Counted from the stretch's first letter, positions 43,076-51,849 are shown. The stretch is DNA of 64,000 bases from Gallionella sp. (GCA_022340615.1 JAJDNO010000030.1:41624-105623), one strand, 5' to 3'. Numbers and translations are program-made. Notes: generated by a model not told the origin, from the letters alone.

Positions 43076-44740
43076 ATGGCTCAATATGTAATGTCGATGC
43101 TCCGCGTGAGCAAGATCGTTCCGCCCAAGCGCCAGATCATCAAGGACATCTCTCTCAGCTTCTTCCCCGGCGCCAAGATCGGCCTGCTCGGCCTGAACGG
43201 TTCCGGAAAGTCCACGGTGCTGCGCATCATGGCCGGCGTCGACAAGGAATACGACGGCGAAGTACAGCACCTGCCGAACATCAGCATCGGCTACCTGCCG
43301 CAGGAACCGCAGCTCGACCCGGACAAGACCGTGCGCCAGGAAGTCGAGTCTGCATTGGGCGAGATCATGCAGGCGCAAAAGAAACTCGACGAGGTGTATG
43401 CCGCGTACGCCGAAGAGGATGCCGACTTCGACGCGCTGGCCGCCGAGCAGGCGCGACTGGAAAACATCATTGCCGCGGGCGGTGCGGATTCGGAACACCA
43501 GCTCGAGATCGCAGCCGATGCGCTGCGCCTGCCGCCCTGGGACGCGGTGATCAAGAATCTTTCCGGCGGCGAGAAGCGCCGCGTCGCATTGTGCAAGCTG
43601 CTGCTCGAAAAACCGGACATGCTGCTGCTGGACGAGCCGACCAACCACCTCGACGCGGAATCGGTGGACTGGCTGGAACAATTCCTGGTGCGCTTCCCCG
43701 GCACCGTGGTCGCAGTCACCCACGACCGCTACTTCCTGGACAACGCCGCCGAATGGATACTCGAACTCGACCGCGGCCACGGCATCCCGTGGAAGGGCAA
43801 CTACTCAAGCTGGCTGGAGCAGAAAGAAGCGCGCCTCGAACAGGAAAACAAGCAGGTCGACGCGCACATGAAGGCGATGAAGCAGGAACTGGAATGGGTG
43901 CGGCAGAATCCGAAAGGACGCCAGGCAAAATCCAAGGCGCGTATCGCCCGCTTCGAGGAACTGAATTCGCAGGAACACCAGAAGCGCAACGAGACCCAGG
44001 AGATTTTCATCCCGGTCGGCGAGCGGCTCGGCAACGAAGTCATCGAATTCGACGGCGTGAGCAAGTCCTACGGCGACCGGCTGCTGATCGACAACCTCAG
44101 CTTCAAAATTCCGCCCGGCGCGATCGTCGGCATCATCGGCCCGAACGGCGCCGGTAAATCCACGCTGTTCAAGCTGATCACCGGCAAGGAAAACCCGGAC
44201 TCCGGCGACGTGAAGATCGGAAGCACCGTGAAGATCGCGCACGTCGACCAGGCGCGCGATTCACTGCAGAACGACAAAACCGTGTTTGATGCGATCTCCG
44301 GCGGCAACGACATCCTGACCGTTGGCAAATACGAAACGTCGGCGCGCGCCTACATCGGCCGCTTCAACTTCAAGGGCGGCGACCAGCAGAAGATCGTCGG
44401 CCAGCTCTCCGGCGGCGAACGCGGGCGGCTGCACCTCGCTCAGACGCTGATCTCGGGCGGCAACGTGCTGCTGCTCGACGAGCCGTCCAACGACCTCGAC
44501 GTTGAAACATTGCGCGCGCTGGAAGATGCACTGCTCGAATTTGCCGGCTGCGTGCTGGTGATCTCGCACGACCGCTGGTTCCTCGACCGCATCGCGACCC
44601 ATATCCTCGCGGCCGAAGGCGATTCGCACTGGAACTTCTTCGACGGCAACTACCAGGAATACGAAGCGGACAAGCGCAAGCGTCTGGGCGAAGAAGGTGC
44701 GAAGCCGAAGCGGATACGCTACAAGCCGATCGCCCGATGA
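43076..44740 (+). CDS. ettA: Energy-dependent translational throttle ABC-F protein
   Basis: AQYVMSMLRVSK, FFPGAKIG, two ABC cassettes, KRIRYKPI C-terminus. Confidence 0.96.
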   Translation: MAQYVMSMLRVSKIVPPKRQIIKDISLSFFPGAKIGLLGLNGSGKSTVLRIMAGVDKEYDGEVQHLPNISIGYLPQEPQLDPDKTVRQEVESALGEIMQAQKKLDEVYAAYAEEDADFDALAAEQARLENIIAAGGADSEHQLEIAADALRLPPWDAVIKNLSGGEKRRVALCKLLLEKPDMLLLDEPTNHLDAESVDWLEQFLVRFPGTVVAVTHDRYFLDNAAEWILELDRGHGIPWKGNYSSWLEQKEARLEQENKQVDAHMKAMKQELEWVRQNPKGRQAKSKARIARFEELNSQEHQKRNETQEIFIPVGERLGNEVIEFDGVSKSYGDRLLIDNLSFKIPPGAIVGIIGPNGAGKSTLFKLITGKENPDSGDVKIGSTVKIAHVDQARDSLQNDKTVFDAISGGNDILTVGKYETSARAYIGRFNFKGGDQQKIVGQLSGGERGRLHLAQTLISGGNVLLLDEPSNDLDVETLRALEDALLEFAGCVLVISHDRWFLDRIATHILAAEGDSHWNFFDGNYQEYEADKRKRLGEEGAKPKRIRYKPIAR

Positions 44741-44782
44741 CAACGATCAGAACCTTCATCTGCTCCAGATCAGCCTGAATAC

Positions 44783-45955
44783 ATGAGCCTGGACCCCCGC
44801 ACCCTGCTGTTCTCGTTGATCCTGACCTACGGCTTGTCGATGATGGGCATATACGTTGCCTCAGCCGGCCGCAAGAGCAGAAAACCGGACGGAATGAGGA
44901 AATGGGCGGCGGCGATGTTCCTGGAAACGCTGTCCTGGGCGCTGATTGCGGCCCGCGGCAAGATTCCCGATTTCTTTTCGGTGGTTGTCGCCAACGGCTT
45001 CCTGTCCGCTGCACTGGCATTGATACTGGCCGCGGTTTATGAATTCCAGCAGCGCCGATTGCCGCGCTGGCAGTATCTGGTGCCGGTCGCGCTGACGGTG
45101 CTGATGGCGGCCGTACTGCAGGAACACATCCGCAGCCGCTTCGTCTGGGAAGGCCTGATCTACGGCTTCCAGATCGTGCTGATCGGGCGCGCGCTGATAT
45201 CCGACACGGATACCCGCTCCGGGAATGCCTGGCGGCTGCTGTTCGGCGGCATCGTGATACTCCTGCTGATTCTGATATCGCGGGCCGGTTTCGGATTGTT
45301 CGGCGAAATCCAGTTGGCCCAGCCGCAAAACACCCTGGAGATCCAGCCGATCCAGCTCATCGCGTATATCGCAGCCATGTCGACTGCGCTGCTCGGTTCT
45401 TTCGGCTTCCTGCTACTGGTCAAGGAACGCACCGACCGGGAATTCATGCACCTGGCAATGACCGACAGCCTTACCCAGATTCCCAACCGCCGCGCGCTGT
45501 CAGAATATGCCGAGCGCTCGCTTGCCCGGCGCACCGGCTTGCCGATGGCGCTGCTGATGATAGACGCGGACCACTTCAAGCTCATCAACGATACCCACGG
45601 CCATCAGGTCGGCGACGAAGTACTATGCAAGCTAGCCTCTCTGCTTTCGGCAAGGCTGCGCGGACATGACCTGATCGGACGCTTCGGCGGCGAAGAGTTC
45701 ATGGTGATCGCGCCGGAAACCGGTGTCGAAGGCGCACTGACACTGGCCGAATCGCTGCGCAAGATCATCGACTCCACTCCACTGGTCACCGCCAAAGGGA
45801 TTATCCCTTTGGCGGTGAGCATCGGCATATCGAATTGTGCCGCCACTGCCAATCGCGAACTGAAAGATATGCTGGCAGAAGCCGATGCCGCGCTCTATGA
45901 TGCAAAACAATCCGGCCGCAACAAGGTAGTATGTTTCGGCGGCGCGAACGCGTAG
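44783..45955 (+). CDS. Membrane-bound diguanylate cyclase
   Basis: About seven TM helices, TDSLTQIPNRR, RGHD I-site, RFGGEEF. Confidence 0.9.
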   Translation: MSLDPRTLLFSLILTYGLSMMGIYVASAGRKSRKPDGMRKWAAAMFLETLSWALIAARGKIPDFFSVVVANGFLSAALALILAAVYEFQQRRLPRWQYLVPVALTVLMAAVLQEHIRSRFVWEGLIYGFQIVLIGRALISDTDTRSGNAWRLLFGGIVILLLILISRAGFGLFGEIQLAQPQNTLEIQPIQLIAYIAAMSTALLGSFGFLLLVKERTDREFMHLAMTDSLTQIPNRRALSEYAERSLARRTGLPMALLMIDADHFKLINDTHGHQVGDEVLCKLASLLSARLRGHDLIGRFGGEEFMVIAPETGVEGALTLAESLRKIIDSTPLVTAKGIIPLAVSIGISNCAATANRELKDMLAEADAALYDAKQSGRNKVVCFGGANA

Positions 45956-46043
45956 CCATTTCAATCGCCACACGCAGCCGGGCGATAAACACAAACAACA
46001 GGCCAGAGTTGCGCTATTCCAAAATCATCAAGGAGTCCGCACC

Positions 46044-46400
46044 ATGAATCTTGCTGAATTGTTCCAACATGAAACCGGTTTGCTTGACCTTCCTTCATGC
46101 GAGACCCTCTTCAAGGAAGGCGACCCCGGCAAGGTGATGTATGTACTGATGTCCGGCACTGCCGACATCATCGTGCGCAACCAGGTGGTCGAAACCATTG
46201 AGCCGGGCGCCATCGTCGGCGAGATGGCGATGATAGACGAAGGGCCGCGTTCCGCGACCATCATTGCGAAGAGCGACTGCAAACTGTTGCCGATCGATAA
46301 AAAGCGCTTCGACTTCCTGGTCCAGCAGACGCCCAATTTCGCGGTCCACGTGATGCGCGTGATCGCGACGCGTTTGCGCAGGACGGATAGTTTGCTGTGA
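46044..46400 (+). CDS. Stand-alone cyclic nucleotide-binding domain protein
   Basis: LFKEGDPG..MYVLMSG, VGEMAMIDEGPRSAT phosphate-binding cassette; AAGGAG SD. Confidence 0.88.
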   Translation: MNLAELFQHETGLLDLPSCETLFKEGDPGKVMYVLMSGTADIIVRNQVVETIEPGAIVGEMAMIDEGPRSATIIAKSDCKLLPIDKKRFDFLVQQTPNFAVHVMRVIATRLRRTDSLL

Positions 46401-46422
46401 TTCACACTCGAAAGGTGAACTC

Positions 46423-46716
46423 ATGAAATACAAAATCAATCAGAACGAAAACGGCATCGATATTTCAGTCACCGATGCAAAGAACGACAAGCAGAAATTG
46501 CTGGATGCGTTCCGCGAGTGCCAGGAGGGACGTTGTTCCTGCCCGACGGATGAATACAAGAAGCTGGCTTCGCTTGAGGTTGCACAGGATGAAGAAGGCA
46601 TTCAGTTGCGCCTCAAGTCGAAGGACGGCAAGGTCATCGACAAATCCGAGATCGAGAAATGCCTGGCCTACACTTCTGGGCGAGTGAAGGACAAAGGCCA
46701 GCAACAATCTCGTTAA
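46423..46716 (+). CDS. Small Cys-motif protein of unknown function
   Basis: 97 aa, AAAGGTG SD, CQEGRCSCPTDEY. Confidence 0.75.
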   Translation: MKYKINQNENGIDISVTDAKNDKQKLLDAFRECQEGRCSCPTDEYKKLASLEVAQDEEGIQLRLKSKDGKVIDKSEIEKCLAYTSGRVKDKGQQQSR

Positions 46717-46722
46717 TCTTCA

Positions 46723-46815
46723 TCTTCCCCCTGCGCATCCCGTCGCGCTGCGTCGCTCCGTTCGCAATACACCCAACAAATCGCGCCCTGCCCCGCCGAA
46801 GGCTCCGTCGGGGCT
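46723..46815. repeat. About 95-bp degenerate direct repeat, copy 1
   Basis: Shares TGCGCATCCCGTCGCGC, ACAAATCGC and CGAAGGCT blocks with 47443-47536. Confidence 0.7.
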
Positions 46816-46986
46816 GCGCTCGCAGAGGCAATTCTGGAGAGGTCGTCCATTAAATCAATTACGCGTCAACTCATGCTGCATGAGTCGAGCCGCGCAGTTG
46901 AACCTAATCGGCAAAAGTTTACCTAAATGATCAAGCATGCTGGTTCTGCACTGGCAAATCCATTTGAATAGATACGGAGGCTGATC

Positions 46987-47373
46987 ATGTTTACACCCAT
47001 CACGATTCCTTTTGGCGCGAAGATGCTTTTCAATACCGTGAAACTCAAACCTGGCGTGGAGATGGAAGATGTCGAAATGGCCTTGGGCGAGATGTGCAAT
47101 GTTGTGAAGGATCATTACGGTGACGAAAAGGGTGGATTCATCGCCGGGCAGGTGTACCAGTTTTCGGGGTTCATTTCTGACGAAGGTTCGTTGAGCGACT
47201 CGAAGAAGGCGGAAAGTCATGTCGCAATCGTCACTTTCTGGCAATCGTTTGAACAGCACGAGAAATCCCATGCCGATAAGGCATTCAAGGACAAGTTCGA
47301 AGCCCTCGGCAAGCTATGCACGGACAGCAAGGAACTGGGGTATGACATGCTCTGGCAGGGCGTACCGGAATAA
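46987..47373 (+). CDS. 128-aa sulfur oxygenase reductase (SOR)-like single-domain protein
   Basis: GGAGG SD; C37, TFW-x5-H91-E-x2-H95, E116-x2-Y match the recalled SOR catalytic Cys and 2-His-1-carboxylate triad. Confidence 0.65.
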   Translation: MFTPITIPFGAKMLFNTVKLKPGVEMEDVEMALGEMCNVVKDHYGDEKGGFIAGQVYQFSGFISDEGSLSDSKKAESHVAIVTFWQSFEQHEKSHADKAFKDKFEALGKLCTDSKELGYDMLWQGVPE

Positions 47374-47398
47374 ATGAAAGCAAATGCAATAGAACAAT

Positions 47399-47437
47399 TA
47401 GGGGGCAGACCACCCTTTTAAATCAATCTGTCCTCTA
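47399..47437. repeat. REP-like imperfect inverted repeat
   Basis: TAGGGGGCAGA...TCTGTCCTCTA; GGGGCAGACCAC recurs at 50016-50027. Confidence 0.5.
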
Positions 47438-47442
47438 GTCGC

Positions 47443-47536
47443 TCTTCCTTTGCGCATCCCGTCGCGCAGTGATTAACTCCCGCCCGAACACACCCCTGAC
47501 AAATCGCACCCGACCCTGCGAAGGCTGTGTCGTGCG
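47443..47536. repeat. About 95-bp degenerate direct repeat, copy 2
   Basis: 17-bp exact match plus collinear blocks with copy 1. Confidence 0.7.
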
Positions 47537-47604
47537 TTACTGACAAGCCAATGGGATCGGTGTTGTATTATCCGGCCTCGCGGCGTATACAGAGCAGATG
47601 AACC

Positions 47605-47721
47605 AAGGCTACAGGCATCATCCGGCTTCATCGCGTGCCCAAGACAAAACCGGAGCACATCTACAAAGCGTTTCCCGACGCGAACGCAATCATACTAAAG
47701 GGGCCAGCCCCGCATTACTGA
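47605..47721 (+). pseudogene. 5' remnant of an SRPBCC/AHSA1-family gene
   Basis: Reads (K)ATGIIRLHRVPKTKPEHIYKAFPDANA, like the IRLHRV..T.PE.IY.AF.D N-terminus; start codon appears as AAG; truncated after about 27 codons. Confidence 0.6.
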
Positions 47722-47766
47722 ACAGCGAATCCTAACCAAAGGAGCCAGGCTCGAATATTTCATCGC

Positions 47767-48645
47767 ATGAAATATCTGTTGCTCAAATCTGTAGCCATCC
47801 TGGTGGTTTCCCTGCTGGTTTGCTTCCAGGCCAAGGCAGATGAAGGGGCTACTCCGACGAAAGAGGAGTTAGCCCAGCGGAACCGCATTGCGCTCGTCAG
47901 CGGCGAGCTGCTGGTGGGCTGGTATGGCGCCACCCACTGGTGGAAGGATGGCCTGAGCGGGGATTTCCAGACCGTCAACGAAGGCTGGTTCGGACCCGAC
48001 ACCTATACCGGGGGCGCGGACAAGTTGGGTCATCTTTTCACCGGTTATGCGGGCACGCGCCTTCTCGCGCGCGGCTTCGAGCGGCTGGGCAATTCGCCCG
48101 ACGATGCGCTCTGGCTGGGTGCTGCAACCACACTCGGCACCCTGACGGCCATCGAGACCCTGGACGGATTTTCCCCAAGATGGCGTTTCAGTTATGGGGA
48201 TATGATCATGAATATTGCGGGTACTGCTCTGGGCGTGTATCTCGAGAAATCTCCCAGACTTGACGCGATATTCGATTTTCGCCTGTTGTACTTGCCGTCG
48301 AGCCGGGCCGGGCAGCAGAAGTCGTTTGACCCTATCGGCGACCATTCGGGCCAGACCTTCCTGCTGGTCGCAAAGGCTTCCGGCGTACCTTCCTTGCGCA
48401 GCCATTCAGCATTGCGCTATCTGGAGCTGGCTGTGGGCTATGGAACGCGCGGCTACGGCGAGGGCGCAGCCGTGCAACCCAGCCGCAATGTCTATGTCGG
48501 AATCTCTCTGAATCTGTCCGAGCTGCTGGATAGCTCCTTGTTCAGCGATGACCGAAACAGTGAATCCGCCCGCGCCAGCCGCACTGCGCTGAAATTCTTC
48601 CAGGTGCCGGGCACCGCCGTTGCGATCGGCCACCATTCGTTCTGA
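47767..48645 (+). CDS. DUF2279/YfiM-like exported protein
   Basis: Signal peptide, GGADKLGHLFTGY, E..DGFS, FS..DMIMN, GQTF. Confidence 0.72.
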   Translation: MKYLLLKSVAILVVSLLVCFQAKADEGATPTKEELAQRNRIALVSGELLVGWYGATHWWKDGLSGDFQTVNEGWFGPDTYTGGADKLGHLFTGYAGTRLLARGFERLGNSPDDALWLGAATTLGTLTAIETLDGFSPRWRFSYGDMIMNIAGTALGVYLEKSPRLDAIFDFRLLYLPSSRAGQQKSFDPIGDHSGQTFLLVAKASGVPSLRSHSALRYLELAVGYGTRGYGEGAAVQPSRNVYVGISLNLSELLDSSLFSDDRNSESARASRTALKFFQVPGTAVAIGHHSF

Positions 48646-48698
48646 CAGTCACATAAAGGACTGAAGCTATCGTTATCGGCACCGGCGCTGGCGTTGCA

Positions 48699-49355
48699 CT
48701 AAGCCAGCAACACCGCCACTATTCCGCTGATGAATATCCCGTCGAAGCTGCCTGCGCCGCCGATCGATGCGAACGGCGTGCCCATCTTCCGGATGTCCTT
48801 GAGGTGCATCAGGTCGGCGCCAATCAGCACACCCAGTGTGCCGCTGATGAAGGCCATGGATGGGGCATTGGCCGGATCGAGCGCGACGGAAACCAGCGCT
48901 GCCAGCACAGGGGCAAACAGTATCGGCATGCCCATGCCGATGCCGGGCACGCTGCGGCTGGTCTTGAAGCTCAACAGTGTGACGGCGGCAACCGCCAGCG
49001 CCACGTAGAAAATATTCAGAGGGTGGTGCACCAGCAGGTAAAGGCAGAATGCGGCCGGCACCACACAGCCGCCGACGTTGGCCATCACGACGGTCTTGCC
49101 GTTGTACGGCATATTGCGATACAGCTCGCGCAATTGCGGCGGGATTTCCTCCAGATTCGGCGGTTCGCTTTTCATGCTGAACAGCGGCAGGTTGATCAGG
49201 CTGCCGCCCAATATGGTGATGAACAGCAGATAAGCGGAGTCGGCGGAAAGGTTGAGCTTTTCGAATGCCACCGTCAGCAGACCGTACTGGATCGCCGTGA
49301 CGAGCAGTGCCAGCGCAACGATCAGCAGGATAAAACGGGGCGGGATCTTCGGCAT
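48699..49355 (-). CDS. DUF1614-family membrane protein
   Basis: ANVGGCVVP, GTLGVLIGADLMHL, SIGGAGSFDGIFISG. Confidence 0.8.
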   Translation of the reverse strand: MPKIPPRFILLIVALALLVTAIQYGLLTVAFEKLNLSADSAYLLFITILGGSLINLPLFSMKSEPPNLEEIPPQLRELYRNMPYNGKTVVMANVGGCVVPAAFCLYLLVHHPLNIFYVALAVAAVTLLSFKTSRSVPGIGMGMPILFAPVLAALVSVALDPANAPSMAFISGTLGVLIGADLMHLKDIRKMGTPFASIGGAGSFDGIFISGIVAVLLA

Positions 49356-49465
49356 GCGATATTGTGGCCTTAATGGAAGGGTTCAATGAAGCTGCATGGA
49401 ATCGTTCATGCACGCGCCTGGAATGAGTGAAACAGAAATCGACTTCGGCGCGAAAGAGCAGACTT

Positions 49466-49954
49466 TCAATGGCTCGCTGCTTTGACCTTTGCAAGTGATT
49501 CGTCGATCGCGTCCAGCAGGAAGGCATAATAAAAATCGACGGTCGTCAGTCCTTCCAGGAAGGTCAGCATTTGCCCGTTGCTGTCGAACAGCATCACATT
49601 GGGCACGCCACTGACATTGTGCTTGCCGGAGAATTTTCGGTAGGTCGTGGGCGTGCCGTCGAAATCGATGAGCTTGCCTTCGCTGCTGCTTTCGATCTGG
49701 CGCAGGATCACCTTGTTGTCAAATTCCGGGTCGCGCTGCATGGGTTGCAAAAAATCTTCCGAAACGGTTTTGCAGTACCCGCAGTCTTCATCCATAAACA
49801 GGACAAGGATGGGAACCCCCTTGCTTTTTGCATCCCTCGCTTCCACCCTGAGATCTTTCACGACCGGCAGGCCTGCTGCATAAGACATCGAGCCAAGGCC
49901 GAAGGCAGCAGCAAGGAGAAAAACGTTTGATACCTGTTTGAGCGCAGATTGCAT
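49466..49954 (-). CDS. Exported thioredoxin-fold protein (SoxW-like)
   Basis: Signal peptide, DCGYC CxxC, VSGVPNVMLFD cis-Pro loop. Confidence 0.78.
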   Translation of the reverse strand: MQSALKQVSNVFLLAAAFGLGSMSYAAGLPVVKDLRVEARDAKSKGVPILVLFMDEDCGYCKTVSEDFLQPMQRDPEFDNKVILRQIESSSEGKLIDFDGTPTTYRKFSGKHNVSGVPNVMLFDSNGQMLTFLEGLTTVDFYYAFLLDAIDESLAKVKAASH

Positions 49955-50189
49955 ATCTGTATGGCTGCCAATTCAAAGTGATTATGATGGAATTATATGA
50001 CCAATTCAGCGATTTGGGGCAGACCACAATTACGAATCCAAACCCCGGGTGGCGCCAATCGGCGCCGAAGGAAAATTATATAACTGGTAATATGGAAGCA
50101 GCGCCGAATAAATATCATCCGCATGTTATTGTTCCGGTAGCAGGATTAGCGCTTCTCTTTAACTTCACTTTCTAACCGAGGAGACTGAA

Positions 50190-50765
50190 ATGGAAACAGT
50201 CAAAAAAGCAGCAACCAGGAAACCAGCCGCCAAAAAGCCTGCAGCCAGAAAACCAGCCGCCGGAAAAACTGCGGCTGGAAAAACTGCCGCCGGAAAACCG
50301 GCCGCCAAAAAAACGGCGGCCAGGAAAACGGCAGTCAGGAAAACAGCAGTCAGGAAAACAGCAGACCATAAAGCGGGAGCCGATATCATGGCAGCGGCGA
50401 AGAAGGCGGTTGCCGAGATCATGGCCGTTGCCAGAAAGGCCGGTGCGGAGTTCAAGCCGGTAGCCCAGAAGGCAGGAGCCGAAATCATGTCTGCAACCCG
50501 AAAGGAAGCAGCCAAGATAAAACCGGCAGCAAAAAAGGCGGGAGCCACTATAAAACCGGCCGTCATGAATGCCGAGCGCCAGATTGAGGCTGCAGCAAAA
50601 AAGGCGGGTATCTCGCTGGAGGAAGCTGCCAAGAAGGCTGGGGCGCAAATAATGGCGGCGGCCAATAAAGCGGGAGAAAATATAAAGGCGGCAGCCCGGC
50701 ACACGATGCCCGAGAAGGCAAAGCCTTCAGCCAGCAAAGCGGCGGCCAGGAAAACCACCAAGTAA
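50190..50765 (+). CDS. Lys/Ala-rich repeat protein: H1-like 5-mers plus amphipathic 11-mers
   Basis: GAGGAG SD; ten xK(P/T)Ax pentapeptides followed by ten KAGAxIxxAAK-type 11-mers. Confidence 0.8.
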   Translation: METVKKAATRKPAAKKPAARKPAAGKTAAGKTAAGKPAAKKTAARKTAVRKTAVRKTADHKAGADIMAAAKKAVAEIMAVARKAGAEFKPVAQKAGAEIMSATRKEAAKIKPAAKKAGATIKPAVMNAERQIEAAAKKAGISLEEAAKKAGAQIMAAANKAGENIKAAARHTMPEKAKPSASKAAARKTTK

Positions 50766-50913
50766 TTACTCCACTAATGGCGTGGACATCGAAATCGTTT
50801 TCAGAAAGCTGGTCGGCTTAACCAGATTCAGCTTTCAGTAAACACCAGAGTCGGTATTTATTGCTCGCGTGGTTTTTCAGGAGAGATTGTGCCGGCTCAA
50901 GATCGGGCCAATG

Positions 50914-51618
50914 CTAATCAGGCAATCTGCTTCGCAGCACATCCCGGTCAAACCACCATTTGTCGCCGACGATGGCGTCCACCACCATTGCCATACGCGG
51001 CAGAAACACCTGCGGATCACGCAGCTCCAGCTTGTCCAGCCACAGGTTCATTTCATCCTGGTCCTGCACCTGGCCATGGCGCTTGGCCACCATTGCAATG
51101 AGGTTATCGACGAGGAAGCAAAGGCTCTCGTGCTTGTCGTCCCCGGCACGCAGGTCGACCACATAGCGCCCGGTGATCGCCGCCACTGCGGCACCGTCTG
51201 CGTCATCCGGCATTTCGTCTATCGCGTGGACCAGCATGGCCACCGTCAGTTCCGGATCGACCGGAAAGGTGATGGCAAGCCAGATGCCCATGCCCAGCAC
51301 CGCGATCGATTCTTCCTGGTCGGCCTGGTAAAGCACGTTGCACGCCTCTACTGCATCCTGCCAGGATTCCTGCTGCAAGGACAACAAAAATGCCTCGTGC
51401 GCAATATCCCACGCTTCTTTCCTGCGTTCCAGAGCAATAAGGATTTCGGCGATATCCATCTGCAGCCGGGCGCGCAGCACCGGGTCGGATTCCTCCAGAG
51501 CGGTTAGCTGCTGTATTTTTTCCGACAGCTGTATTTTCAGCCCGAGTTTCTCCTCGGCAGTAAGTCCGTCCTTCGCGGCCTTGACCAGCGAACCTACGTT
51601 GATAATTTCTTCGGTCAT
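50914..51618 (-). CDS. Conserved alpha-helical protein of unknown function (234 aa)
   Basis: Typical codon pattern, acidic helical sequence, WQDAVEAC, WLAITFP, WWFDRD; start at MTEEII. Confidence 0.75.
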   Translation of the reverse strand: MTEEIINVGSLVKAAKDGLTAEEKLGLKIQLSEKIQQLTALEESDPVLRARLQMDIAEILIALERRKEAWDIAHEAFLLSLQQESWQDAVEACNVLYQADQEESIAVLGMGIWLAITFPVDPELTVAMLVHAIDEMPDDADGAAVAAITGRYVVDLRAGDDKHESLCFLVDNLIAMVAKRHGQVQDQDEMNLWLDKLELRDPQVFLPRMAMVVDAIVGDKWWFDRDVLRSRLPD

Positions 51619-51849
51619 GTGATTGTCTGTATTTGATTTATGAAGGGCGCCTGTGAAATTGCGTTGCCCGGTTTCACTGTATGATAGCTTTCGCCAAATG
51701 ATAGCAGGTTGATTCTGATATTTCAGGATCAAAAGCGGGTAATATAATCGTGGGCAGGCCACGATTCCTGGGTACTGAATCGTATTCTTTCAGGAAGTTA
51801 TTCACGCAAGGGACGACGGGGATGAACAAGTATACAAGAATGCAAATTA

